This document shows, one piece after another, positions 37,534 to 47,309 of a stretch of 64,000 bases of DNA. The notes below the pieces were generated by a model that was not told where the DNA came from, did no database searches, and saw only the letters and a program-made list of their open reading frames with translations. Where the stretch lies: the IMG/VR virus record IMGVR_UViG_3300044627_003892; one strand, given 5' to 3'. Each line of letters begins with the position of its first letter. Position 1 is the stretch's first letter. The DNA comes from a virus (lineage: Duplodnaviria; Caudoviricetes). The translations under genes and the position numbers were made by a program.

Positions 37534-38273
37534 TGACAAGAAAAAAAACAATTAGCAAAGACGGTCAGTATATTCCTACTGATGCTAAACCAAAAATGTC
37601 TAAGAAAGACCAAATTAGTGGTATGATTAAAAAGAGTAAGGATAAATTCTTAACTCAAAGTCAACGAGAGTATTACGATAAATTAGTTAGAAATCAAATT
37701 ACAATTTGTTCAGGTCCTGCAGGTGTTGGTAAAAGTTTTATAGCGATGAAAGCTGCGGTTGACTTAATTGCTGACCACACATCTCCTTACGAAAAAATTA
37801 TCATTGTTAGACCGGCAGTTGAAGCTGAGGAAAAACTTGGTTCCTTACCTGGTAATGTTGAAGAGAAATTAGACCCCTATATTTTTCCATCGTATTATCT
37901 ATTAAATAAGATTATAGGTAAAGAGGCAAGAGAAAAATTAAAACAAATGGAGGTTATTGAAGTTTTTGCTTTGGCATATATGAGAGGAATGAACATTGAT
38001 AATTCTATTCTAATATTTGAGGAAGCTCAAAATGCTACACCAAAACAAATGAAATTATTATTAACTCGTATTGGTACTGATAGTAAATTTTTTATATCAG
38101 GTGACTTGGAGCAAACTGACAGATATAAAGATAAAAAACATTCAGGTTTATGGGACGCTATTGAGAAATTTAAAAATATCTCTGAAATTGGTGTTCATGA
38201 ATTTGGAGATGATGATGTTGTTAGAAACCCATTGATTACTGAAATCTTAAAAAGATATGAAGATAGGAATTGA
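37533..38273 (+). CDS. phoH: PhoH-family ATPase
   Basis: GPAGVGKS, RPAVEAEEKLGSLPG, YMRG, EEAQN, GDLEQTD and VVRNPLI. Confidence 0.93.
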   Translation: MTRKKTISKDGQYIPTDAKPKMSKKDQISGMIKKSKDKFLTQSQREYYDKLVRNQITICSGPAGVGKSFIAMKAAVDLIADHTSPYEKIIIVRPAVEAEEKLGSLPGNVEEKLDPYIFPSYYLLNKIIGKEAREKLKQMEVIEVFALAYMRGMNIDNSILIFEEAQNATPKQMKLLLTRIGTDSKFFISGDLEQTDRYKDKKHSGLWDAIEKFKNISEIGVHEFGDDDVVRNPLITEILKRYEDRN

Positions 38274-38850
38274 GGTTAATGGTGTATTAAGAGATACCAT
38301 AGGTAAGTTTAAAACAACTTACGAAAAATTTTTAATAGATAATAATTTAGAGAATTCTGAGTCTGAAACACCATTTGAATACAAAATTAATGAACCTATA
38401 GATACGTTAGATTTAATCAATCATTTTTCATTTCAATCTAAGGAAGAATTTTTTAGTTTTTTGTATGAGGAGTTCCCTATGGAAATTTTTGGTCATTCAC
38501 CTTCAACTGAATTATCGTCATTTAATGATTTAAATGATTTATATATTAATTTAAGAGATAAAGTTGAATTTATTATAATTTCTGATGAGATGTCAAAATC
38601 AAAACCAGCAACTTTATTTTTCTTATCAAAATTTGGTTGTCTAATAGAAAAAATATTTTTTTATAATGAGGTGACAAAAAATAAACTATTAGATGAATTA
38701 GATTTAATAGTTACTTCTAACCCTGATATTATTATTAATTACAAAGATAAAGTTGTTAAATATGATACAACTTATAATGATAAACTTAGTTCTGAAGTTT
38801 CAATAACAAAACTAAAAGAATTAGAACCAATAATTGCTGAAAAACTATAA
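38257..38850 (+). CDS. 5'(3')-deoxyribonucleotidase-like HAD protein with degenerate motif I
   Basis: MKIGIEVNGVLRD aligns to the usual IGIDxDGVLxD. Confidence 0.55.
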   Translation: MKIGIEVNGVLRDTIGKFKTTYEKFLIDNNLENSESETPFEYKINEPIDTLDLINHFSFQSKEEFFSFLYEEFPMEIFGHSPSTELSSFNDLNDLYINLRDKVEFIIISDEMSKSKPATLFFLSKFGCLIEKIFFYNEVTKNKLLDELDLIVTSNPDIIINYKDKVVKYDTTYNDKLSSEVSITKLKELEPIIAEKL

Positions 38851-39116
38851 TGTTACCAATTTTAAACGAAAATTATTATATTGATTTAGAGGAGATTAAT
38901 TCTTTAATCAATATTGAACCAACTGAACCAATATCAGGAGAAACCGGACAACATATTAGTGTTGTTCAGTATGAACTTATTAAAATAATGATAGAAGTCA
39001 TTATGAGTGAACAAGAAGAAGTTGATGAAAAATTGGGTAATAAATCTCAATTATCAATCCCATTTAAATTAGCATTTAATACACTATTAAATAATAAAAC
39101 TATAAAAAAATACTAA
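38850..39116 (+). CDS. Hypothetical protein
   Basis: 88-aa ORF, translationally coupled. Confidence 0.65.
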   Translation: MLPILNENYYIDLEEINSLINIEPTEPISGETGQHISVVQYELIKIMIEVIMSEQEEVDEKLGNKSQLSIPFKLAFNTLLNNKTIKKY

Positions 39117-39119
39117 AAT

Positions 39120-40178
39120 ATGGAAGATAGAATTTTAAAAATTAAAGAATCAATCTTAAATTTAAAAGACAAAAAAAATAAAATATATTTTTTTGTACAA
39201 GACACTAAAGGTAATGCTAAAGCATCTATAAGATACATTTATCAAATAGCAAATACGTTACTTAAAGAAGGATATAACCCAATAATTTTACATGAAAAAC
39301 CTGATTATTTTGGTGTTTCAAGTTGGCTCGGTGAACAATACTCTAAAATCCCACATCAATCAGTGGAAGGTCAAAATTTACAAATAGCACCTGAAGATTT
39401 TATTATTGTACCTGAAATTTTTGGTTATGTTATGGCTCAATTGACTAACATTAAATGTACTAAAATTGTGTTGTCTCAATCATATGACCAAATTTTTGAA
39501 ACTTTACAACCAGGACAAATATGGTCTCAATTTGGTTTCACAAAATGTATTACAACTTCAGAAATACAAAAAAAATATATCTCTCAATTTATGAGAAATG
39601 TCCCAACTGATATTATTGAACCTGTAATATCTGACGTTTTTGAAAAATCAAAATACCCGGCAAAACCAATTATTGCAATCTCTTCAAGAGAACAAAGAGA
39701 TTCAATTAATTTAATTAAATCATTTTATCAAAAATATCCTCAATTTAGATGGATAACTTTTAGAGATATGAGAGGTATTTCTGAAGAAGAATTTGCAAAT
39801 ACATTAAAAGAGTGTATGTTATCAGTATGGGACGATAGAACAAGTGCGTTTGGTACATTCCCATTAGAGTCAATGAAATGTGGTGTCCCTGTAATTGGTG
39901 TAGTTCCTAAAATGGTACCTGAATGGATGAATGAAGATAACGGAATTTGGATTCAAGACGAATTAAATTTAGCCAATTTTATTGGTGAATATATCCAAAA
40001 TTGGTTAGAAGATAACATTTCGGAAGACATCTATAATGGAATGGAAAAATCTTCATTACAATACAGTGATATAAATGACTTTGAGAATAAAATTATATCG
40101 TTATTTAACGAATATACTAAATCAAAACTAAATGTTTTTGAGACAGAATATAATAAATTACAACCTATAGAACAATAA
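39120..40178 (+). CDS. Glycosyltransferase, GT-B fold (GT4-like)
   Basis: IIVPEIFG and AFGTFPLESMKCGVPVIG. Confidence 0.8.
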   Translation: MEDRILKIKESILNLKDKKNKIYFFVQDTKGNAKASIRYIYQIANTLLKEGYNPIILHEKPDYFGVSSWLGEQYSKIPHQSVEGQNLQIAPEDFIIVPEIFGYVMAQLTNIKCTKIVLSQSYDQIFETLQPGQIWSQFGFTKCITTSEIQKKYISQFMRNVPTDIIEPVISDVFEKSKYPAKPIIAISSREQRDSINLIKSFYQKYPQFRWITFRDMRGISEEEFANTLKECMLSVWDDRTSAFGTFPLESMKCGVPVIGVVPKMVPEWMNEDNGIWIQDELNLANFIGEYIQNWLEDNISEDIYNGMEKSSLQYSDINDFENKIISLFNEYTKSKLNVFETEYNKLQPIEQ

Positions 40179-40182
40179 AATT

Positions 40183-40989
40183 ATGGAAAATATTTTAGAC
40201 TTAAGTATCATCTTACCAATTAAGACAAATTTAGTTAAGGACTTTGTGGAACTTTTTACTAAATCAATTGAATCAATCCAATTACAATCAATTAAACCTA
40301 AAGAACTGATAATTGTTCATTCAAGTGAAGAAAAATTAATTGAGTTTTTAGAATCTTTTGATTTTGGGGATTTAAATGTTAAAAAAATTAAATTTGAAAG
40401 TGAACCTAACTTTTCATCTCAGGTTAATTTAGGTATTGAAAGTTCATCATCTAAATGGGTAAGTATTTTAGAATTTGATGATGAATATGCTAAAATTTGG
40501 TTTAAAAACGTTAAAAAATATATTGAAGTTTATCCTGAAATAGATGCGTTTTTACCAATTGTTGTTGATGTTGATAATAAAACAGTATTTGCAGGATTTA
40601 CTAATGAAGCAACATTCGCCGCAAATTTCAGTCAAGAAATGGGTTATTTAACTAACGAAACGTTATTAAATTATCAAAATTTTCAAACATCGGGTATGGT
40701 ATTTAAAAAATCAATTATTGAGGATTTTGGTGGTTTTAAGGCTAGTTTTAAATTAACATTCCCATATGAATTTTTATTAAGAATGACTTATAATTCTGTA
40801 AAAATTATGACTATACCAAAAATTGGTTACAAACATATGAACCTTAGAGAAGGGTCAATATTTTGGGAATATAAAAATGGTGAAAATAAAGTGAGTGACA
40901 GTGAAGTTCAGTTTTGGGTATCTTCTGCAAAAAAAGAATATTTCTTTAATACCGATAGAAACATAAAATATACTCAAGAAAATGCTTGA
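40183..40989 (+). CDS. Glycosyltransferase family 2
   Basis: LSIILPI and the DxD-like ILEFDDE. Confidence 0.78.
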   Translation: MENILDLSIILPIKTNLVKDFVELFTKSIESIQLQSIKPKELIIVHSSEEKLIEFLESFDFGDLNVKKIKFESEPNFSSQVNLGIESSSSKWVSILEFDDEYAKIWFKNVKKYIEVYPEIDAFLPIVVDVDNKTVFAGFTNEATFAANFSQEMGYLTNETLLNYQNFQTSGMVFKKSIIEDFGGFKASFKLTFPYEFLLRMTYNSVKIMTIPKIGYKHMNLREGSIFWEYKNGENKVSDSEVQFWVSSAKKEYFFNTDRNIKYTQENA

Positions 40990-41726
40990 TGACTATAAGT
41001 TCAAGCACAATACAGATTGAGGTTACTAAAAAAAAGAAACCAAGTTCTGAAAATTATTTTGACATAAGAGAAGAAAATGCGGTTAGAATGTTTTTAACCG
41101 CATCTACTTTTGATGAAAAAAACAAAATATATAACGATTATTTGAGACATCCTTTAGATAAAATGATATCCTCAATTATTCGAAGATATAAATTGTATAG
41201 AAAAGATATGGATTTTATTGAAATTCATACTGATACACATTCTTTTTTGATGACAAAAATTGATAAGTTTAGTCCGTCAAAAGAAAAGAAAGCGTATTCT
41301 TATTTTGGTACCATTTGTAAAAATTATCTGATGGGACAAATTCTGAAAGACCAAAAAGAAATGAATCGAAAAGTGTCTTATGAAGATATATCTAGTGATT
41401 TAGAAAATAGGTCAGAAATGGTTTATTACTTAGATATTGAACCAGAGGTTGAGGTAAATATTATACCAATTTTAAAATCATATATTAAAGACGTTTTAGA
41501 AGAAAATGATTTAAATGATAATGAAATAAAATTGGGTATTGCTTTAATTGAGGTACTTGACAATTATGAAACAATATTTCCAGCAACTGATAACAATAAG
41601 TTCAATAAAAATGTAATTCTTTTATCTTTAAGAGAAATGACTAATCTTTCAACTAAAGAAATAAGAGCTTCCATGAAAAAATATAAAAAAATATATTTAG
41701 GTCTTATAGAAATCAAACCAGATTAA
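40986..41726 (+). CDS. Sigma-factor-like protein (T4 gp55-like late sigma, region 2)
   Basis: KIDKFSPSKEKKAYSYFGTICKNYL resembles sigma region 2.3-2.4 and gp55 (F.P....N..AY.T......). Confidence 0.6.
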   Translation: MMTISSSTIQIEVTKKKKPSSENYFDIREENAVRMFLTASTFDEKNKIYNDYLRHPLDKMISSIIRRYKLYRKDMDFIEIHTDTHSFLMTKIDKFSPSKEKKAYSYFGTICKNYLMGQILKDQKEMNRKVSYEDISSDLENRSEMVYYLDIEPEVEVNIIPILKSYIKDVLEENDLNDNEIKLGIALIEVLDNYETIFPATDNNKFNKNVILLSLREMTNLSTKEIRASMKKYKKIYLGLIEIKPD

Positions 41727-41753
41727 ATTTTTTTTTAAAAACTATTTATTGGT

Positions 41754-42116
41754 ATGACAAAACCCAAAAAAAAACAAATTAATTTTACTAAAGACTCAAT
41801 TCTTGTTTTAATGCAAGAAATTTACAATGAGTTAGTAGAACAACGCTCAACGGCTATTAGAATTCAAAATAAAATGGTTGCCATGATGAAAGAACCTGAA
41901 GACATGACTCTAATTGGACCTGTTATTGAAAAACAACAAAAAATAATAAATGATTGTGTTGAGAAAAAATTACAACTTTCAAAGTTACAATCAGGTATTT
42001 GGGAAAAACAAAGTTCAAAAGAAGAATCATTTGATATTTCAAATATGGATGATGATGTTTTGCAAGGTTTATTAGATAAAGACATAAATTCTGATAATCA
42101 AAAATTTAGTTTATAA
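41754..42116 (+). CDS. Hypothetical coiled-coil protein
   Basis: 120-aa ORF with a TATTTAT motif 4 nt upstream. Confidence 0.65.
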   Translation: MTKPKKKQINFTKDSILVLMQEIYNELVEQRSTAIRIQNKMVAMMKEPEDMTLIGPVIEKQQKIINDCVEKKLQLSKLQSGIWEKQSSKEESFDISNMDDDVLQGLLDKDINSDNQKFSL

Positions 42117-44038
42117 TGGCAATTAGTATTGACGAAGGGTTTGAACAAAGTAAGAATAAACTTAAAGTTTATAAGACTTTTCTGCAATCAAAATCGGAAA
42201 TTAAAAAACAAAAACTAAAAAACAAACTTGACGAAAAAAAACTTTCAAGACAACAAAAATCTTTAGAAAGGGCTAAAAAAAATCAAGAACGAAAAGAAAG
42301 AGCTCAATCAAGTTATGAACAACTTATTGATATTTTACAAATGGCCAAAGGTGCCGCAAAACCTAAAGATAATTACATTACAAATCTTTTAGTCAAAGTT
42401 ACTAAACAAATTAAACCAAAAATTTCTGAAATAATTTCAGAAGAAATGTTAAAATCTTTAAATTGTTCCGAAGAAAGTACGTTTAACAACCTTGCAATTT
42501 ATATTAAAGTAAGTAGTTTAGATTTAGGTAAAATTTTACTTATAAGTCCTACGGATACATGGGGAAAATGTATTTACGAACAAAATCCTTACGACTATTC
42601 TTCACCAAAAAAATCAACTAACCAACTTTTATATTACCTAATACAAACTCCAACGGCTCTGTCTCAAGGTGGTATTAATGGTATTACTAACCCTGTTAAT
42701 ACTAAGTATAAAGGACAAAGTGGACAGGACCTTTTTGACATACAATTTGTTACCGTAGATAATACCGGTACACCAGGTCAATATTATAAAATTACCTTAT
42801 CAAATAGGGTTTTAGGTTTAAATAGAGTTTCCGATTTTATTAATGATTATTTTAAAACTAATTCATTATTAGATTTACGATATCTACTAACAACTTTAAC
42901 TGACATTATTTTAGGTTGTGTTTCCGCAGATTTAAAACTTGGGGATAATCAATTAGATGACTCAACAAGATTTGGTTTAATCATACAACGAATATTAGGT
43001 CAATGTCAGGATTACAACGTTGAAATTGATGTCGGGGGACAAGCAAAATATCCCGAAGTAGATAATTCAACAGACACTATTTTTGAAATGGAATCTAATG
43101 ATTTAGAGTTTATTAACGAAAGGGTTCAATCAATTAAAGTAGGGATTAGAGAATTTGTTGATTGTAATAATATTGCGTTACCAATATCGGACACAAATTA
43201 TTTATCTAACAATATATCTAACGTTGGTGACGATGGTGAAAATTTAGATAATGAAATAAATAATATTATAACTAATTTAGTTAATGACCCAAGATGGGTT
43301 GCCAATTTTCCATTTCCTGACGCAATATCTTTAAGTTTAAATAAAGATTTTATAAGTCAATTACCTATGGCGATTATAAAATCAATTTTTTCTCCAAAAG
43401 TTTTATTACCATATATTATTATGGCAAAGGCTATTGGTAACATGTACGATGAAGGAATTGAGGGATATAATAATTTTTTAAGAAACAACAGGGCGTTAGT
43501 TCAGGCCATCGGTAGTCGAATAATGGCTTTGTTTTTAGAAGCTCTACTGATTGAGATTAAAAAAATTGTTATAGCATTGGCCAAAGCAATAATACAAGAC
43601 ATGACTGCGGAAAAAAAGGCAACAATTGCTACAGTAATAAATAAGATTGTTTCACTTTCAGTTTTAATTGCTCAAACAATCAATGATTTTCGAGAGTGTA
43701 GGAGTTTAGTTGATTATTTGTTGAAATTATTTCAATTAAGAATTCCTTTACCAAAACAAATTACACCAACACCAATTTTAGCATTATCTGACATATTAGA
43801 TGGTGCGTCGACAAATAGGGCATATATGAATCATTTAGAGTTTTTACAAAGCCTTGGGTTACCAACAGGACCAAATCCTAATGGAACACCAATGTATTCA
43901 AACATGGAAGGATTTTCAATAATGCAAGGTTTAAATAAAGAAAAGGAAGAAAATGGTAAAACAGAAATGTTTATTAAACCAATACCTATAGCGGGATATG
44001 CAACCAGCCCAATTAGAGTTACAGGAAAATACTTTTAA
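42116..44038 (+). CDS. Hypothetical protein (640 aa; possibly baseplate-associated)
   Basis: Long ORF directly upstream of the gp5-like gene. Confidence 0.6.
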   Translation: MAISIDEGFEQSKNKLKVYKTFLQSKSEIKKQKLKNKLDEKKLSRQQKSLERAKKNQERKERAQSSYEQLIDILQMAKGAAKPKDNYITNLLVKVTKQIKPKISEIISEEMLKSLNCSEESTFNNLAIYIKVSSLDLGKILLISPTDTWGKCIYEQNPYDYSSPKKSTNQLLYYLIQTPTALSQGGINGITNPVNTKYKGQSGQDLFDIQFVTVDNTGTPGQYYKITLSNRVLGLNRVSDFINDYFKTNSLLDLRYLLTTLTDIILGCVSADLKLGDNQLDDSTRFGLIIQRILGQCQDYNVEIDVGGQAKYPEVDNSTDTIFEMESNDLEFINERVQSIKVGIREFVDCNNIALPISDTNYLSNNISNVGDDGENLDNEINNIITNLVNDPRWVANFPFPDAISLSLNKDFISQLPMAIIKSIFSPKVLLPYIIMAKAIGNMYDEGIEGYNNFLRNNRALVQAIGSRIMALFLEALLIEIKKIVIALAKAIIQDMTAEKKATIATVINKIVSLSVLIAQTINDFRECRSLVDYLLKLFQLRIPLPKQITPTPILALSDILDGASTNRAYMNHLEFLQSLGLPTGPNPNGTPMYSNMEGFSIMQGLNKEKEENGKTEMFIKPIPIAGYATSPIRVTGKYF

Positions 44039-44039
44039 T

Positions 44040-44237
44040 ATGGACCCAAAAATATTTAATATAATAAAAGAAAATAAAGATAGACCAAACAGAGATTTGG
44101 AGACCGCAATGAACTATCTAAATGAAGAATTTGAAAAAACTAAAGATTTAATAGTTAAATTATCTAAACATTTAGATAATGTTGAATTTAACTATAATAA
44201 GGTTTTAAAAGAATACGAATCTCGTAAAAAATCATGA
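44040..44237 (+). CDS. Hypothetical small coiled-coil protein; start corrected to ATG 44040
   Basis: MDPKIFNIIKENKDRPNRDLE... starts right after the upstream stop codon. Confidence 0.6.
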   Translation: MDPKIFNIIKENKDRPNRDLETAMNYLNEEFEKTKDLIVKLSKHLDNVEFNYNKVLKEYESRKKS

Positions 44238-45796
44238 TGAAAAAAATAATATATGGTGGTAGAGTAATTGCCAATAATGACCCATGGATGATTGGTCGTG
44301 TTAGAATTTTTCCTGATGATGAAGCGATTCAACAGATATTAATTTCTAAAAAAGATGAATATGATTCTCAAGGTGTATCAATATTAAATGATAATCAAAG
44401 TGATGTTAGGGATGTTTATCAATTCACGTCTAAAGACCCATTTGTTTATCTACCTCTATTACCAATAAATCTTTCAATTTTACCTGAAATAAATGAGTAT
44501 GTTAATATAATTTACTCTAACAAAGAAGAAAATACAGGTAGAAAAAATCAATATTATGTTGCAAGTACTAAAAGTACTGTAATGAATATTGCATATGAAC
44601 AAAATTCTGCAACAAAGTCAATTTTAGCTGAAGGAGCTAACATTGCTCAAAATTTACCAATTAAAAACTATGATGGAACATATCCAAATAGTAAATCTAA
44701 AGGTGTTTTTGCTGAACCTCAAGATATTGGAATTTATTCGAAAGGAAGGTCTGATATTATTTTAAAAGATGGTGAAGTTTTAATTAGAGCGGTAAAAACA
44801 CTATCCCTTGAGCAAACACAAAGACCTCAGGTTAATCAAAAAAGGACTTTTTTACAACTATCATATTTTGATAAAAAATTAACTTATTTACCTGAAAAAA
44901 CTGTTCAAGTACCATTTTTGGTCGATAATAATGTAAAAAAATTGTTAGAGTATGATGTTATTAATATTAATAACTCATCACAAGGAAATTATACTGGTAG
45001 TATTAAAATTTACAATTTACCACCTATAGATTTAACAAAAGTTTCTGTATTTAATCAAGATACTTCATTGCCGGCAACAGTTACTACACCGGCTTATATT
45101 GACGAATTTATTAATGTATCTGAAGAAGAATTAGTGTTAAGAATAAATAACGCAATAGGAGGTTTAAATAAAGGTAAAGTTGATGGGTATAATAAACCTG
45201 ATTATTTTGCATCTGATGGTGAAAGATTTCCATTTTATTACAGACCTGGTGTTAATTTAAAAATGGCATTACAAAACCCAATAGTATCAAATAGTTACAT
45301 AAACGCTGCTTCAATAACTAATAAAATTAAATTTATTGGTTCAACACTAAATAAAGGTTATGATTTAGTTTCCGCTGAAAATCGAACTGGAAGAATTACA
45401 GATTATAATAGAATTAAAACACAAGCCGTTCAAGTTTCACCAATCCAAGAAGGTTATGCTGTTTTAGGTGGCGATAATGTTTATTTATTATCACATAATT
45501 CTTCAATACCAGGAAAGAAAAAATTAAATCTTGGTGATGACACAGTTTATGGAATTCCTGTTGATGAATTATCGTTAAATTATATTAGTAACACTTCTGG
45601 GATTGTTAGAGGAGACCAATTAAAAGAACTTTTAAATTTAATTATAACATTTTTAACAAATCATACCCACCCTTGGCATAACTTATCCCCCGATGAAAAA
45701 CCTTTTAGTGGGGACGGTCCTTCTAAGTCATCAATAACAAGTGAACTTGCTTTATTTGATTCTAAAGTAATTAATCAAAATATTAGAACGAATTGA
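44234..45796 (+). CDS. Baseplate central spike / hub protein (gp5/VgrG OB-fold type)
   Basis: N-terminal GRVIANNDPWMIGRVRI (OB-fold) and a C-terminal HxH (NHTHP) of metal-binding spike tips. Confidence 0.7.
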   Translation: MMKKIIYGGRVIANNDPWMIGRVRIFPDDEAIQQILISKKDEYDSQGVSILNDNQSDVRDVYQFTSKDPFVYLPLLPINLSILPEINEYVNIIYSNKEENTGRKNQYYVASTKSTVMNIAYEQNSATKSILAEGANIAQNLPIKNYDGTYPNSKSKGVFAEPQDIGIYSKGRSDIILKDGEVLIRAVKTLSLEQTQRPQVNQKRTFLQLSYFDKKLTYLPEKTVQVPFLVDNNVKKLLEYDVININNSSQGNYTGSIKIYNLPPIDLTKVSVFNQDTSLPATVTTPAYIDEFINVSEEELVLRINNAIGGLNKGKVDGYNKPDYFASDGERFPFYYRPGVNLKMALQNPIVSNSYINAASITNKIKFIGSTLNKGYDLVSAENRTGRITDYNRIKTQAVQVSPIQEGYAVLGGDNVYLLSHNSSIPGKKKLNLGDDTVYGIPVDELSLNYISNTSGIVRGDQLKELLNLIITFLTNHTHPWHNLSPDEKPFSGDGPSKSSITSELALFDSKVINQNIRTN

Positions 45797-45815
45797 TATT
45801 TATTGAAAAAAGATA

Positions 45816-47309
45816 ATGTCAATTCATCGCTCATATTTTAATAGAAACAATACAATTCAATATAACAGTTTCACAAACACTGGTAAATCACCGTGGACTG
45901 AACTGTATTTTGGGTCGGCAAACGATTCTATAAGTCCGTCAGGATTTAGTCGTTTTATATTTGATTTAAATTTATCAGGTCTTACCCAAAAAATTCAAGA
46001 CGGAATCATATCTACAGGATGTACAGGATTTTCGGGTATAACTCATACTTTAAGAATGACAAATACTTCGTCATTTGATAACGAGTTATTAAATGATACA
46101 ACCTCAACAGGTAGAAGAAGAGCAACTTCTTTTGATTTAATATTATTTAGAATACCTTTAACTTCAGGTTCAACAGGTAATGCTCAATCTTGGGATGAGG
46201 GTGTTGGATACGATTACTATAATATAACAAAGACCTTAAATACTTCTAACGGATTATTAACACCAATAGCTCTACCTCAAGATAAATCATCGTCACAAAG
46301 ACCTTCCAATTGGTTTCAAACTACAACATTAAGTGGATGGAGTACTAATGGAATATATAATAATACAACTGGAGGTAATGTTGATTATTCGGATTTAATT
46401 ATTGTTGATACTCAACATTTTGAATTTGGTAATGAAGATATTGAGTTTAATATGACAAATGAAATTAATCAATATCTTACAGGTTCCACATCAGGATTTA
46501 CAGGATGGGGTATTGCGTATTTACCTCAATTAGAAAATTTAACAGGGTTAACTGAAAATTATTCTGTTGGATTTTTTACAAGACACACTCAAACATTTTA
46601 TGAACCGTTTTTGGAAACATCATATAACGATTTAATATTAGATAATAGAAATTCATTCTATTCTTACAATAATAATAATCTTTATTTATATTCTTATATT
46701 GGAGGGGTTCCAACGAGTTTAGACAATTTACCGTTGGTTACAATTAGAAATAACCAGGACAGTGTTATTGGTACTTATACAAGTTGTCAAATAACACAGG
46801 GTGTTTATCAAATAACAACAAGTGGGATAACTGTAACAACTCCATGTATGTTTACTGATACTTGGTCTAATTTAGTATATAATGGTGTTTCATTACCTAA
46901 TGTGGTTAATGATTTAACAGTATTACCTTATCAAGGGTATTTTACATTAGGAACACAAAGTAAAGACCCTGAATTATTTGGATTTGATTTTTATGGTATT
47001 AAACAAGATGAAAAAATATTAAACACTGATTTACGAAAAGTTGGTGTAATTGTTAAAAAAGCATATTCTTCAAATGAAGTTTTAACACCTGTAACAGTAT
47101 ATTATAGAGTTTATGTTCACGAAGGCCAGACAGAAGTACAAGTTCAAGATTGGACGTTAGTTAATAGAGCGTCAAATGAGTACTATTTTATATTTGACAC
47201 AAGAGATAAAATCCCTAATGAATATTTTATTGATTTAAAAGTATTAACATCAGGTGAAGTAGATACTTATAAAAGAACAATTAAATTCCAAATTGTTAAC
47301 AAAAAATGA
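45816..47309 (+). CDS. Putative virion structural protein (Ser/Thr/Gly-rich)
   Basis: Beta-rich with many [ST]G motifs. Preceded by TATTTAT and located next to the spike gene. Confidence 0.5.
   Translation: MSIHRSYFNRNNTIQYNSFTNTGKSPWTELYFGSANDSISPSGFSRFIFDLNLSGLTQKIQDGIISTGCTGFSGITHTLRMTNTSSFDNELLNDTTSTGRRRATSFDLILFRIPLTSGSTGNAQSWDEGVGYDYYNITKTLNTSNGLLTPIALPQDKSSSQRPSNWFQTTTLSGWSTNGIYNNTTGGNVDYSDLIIVDTQHFEFGNEDIEFNMTNEINQYLTGSTSGFTGWGIAYLPQLENLTGLTENYSVGFFTRHTQTFYEPFLETSYNDLILDNRNSFYSYNNNNLYLYSYIGGVPTSLDNLPLVTIRNNQDSVIGTYTSCQITQGVYQITTSGITVTTPCMFTDTWSNLVYNGVSLPNVVNDLTVLPYQGYFTLGTQSKDPELFGFDFYGIKQDEKILNTDLRKVGVIVKKAYSSNEVLTPVTVYYRVYVHEGQTEVQVQDWTLVNRASNEYYFIFDTRDKIPNEYFIDLKVLTSGEVDTYKRTIKFQIVNKK

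Noticed and set aside
22727-40989. Interpretation of the GT locus as a DNA hypermodification system
   Set aside because: No hydroxymethylase, TET/JBP, thymidylate-synthase-like or preQ0 genes in this window, and the transferase set resembles glycan-chain assembly. Not fully excluded, because such genes could lie elsewhere in the genome.
41754-42116. Possible terminase small subunit
   Set aside because: Only size and coiled-coil character support it. There is no diagnostic motif, and it is far from terL.
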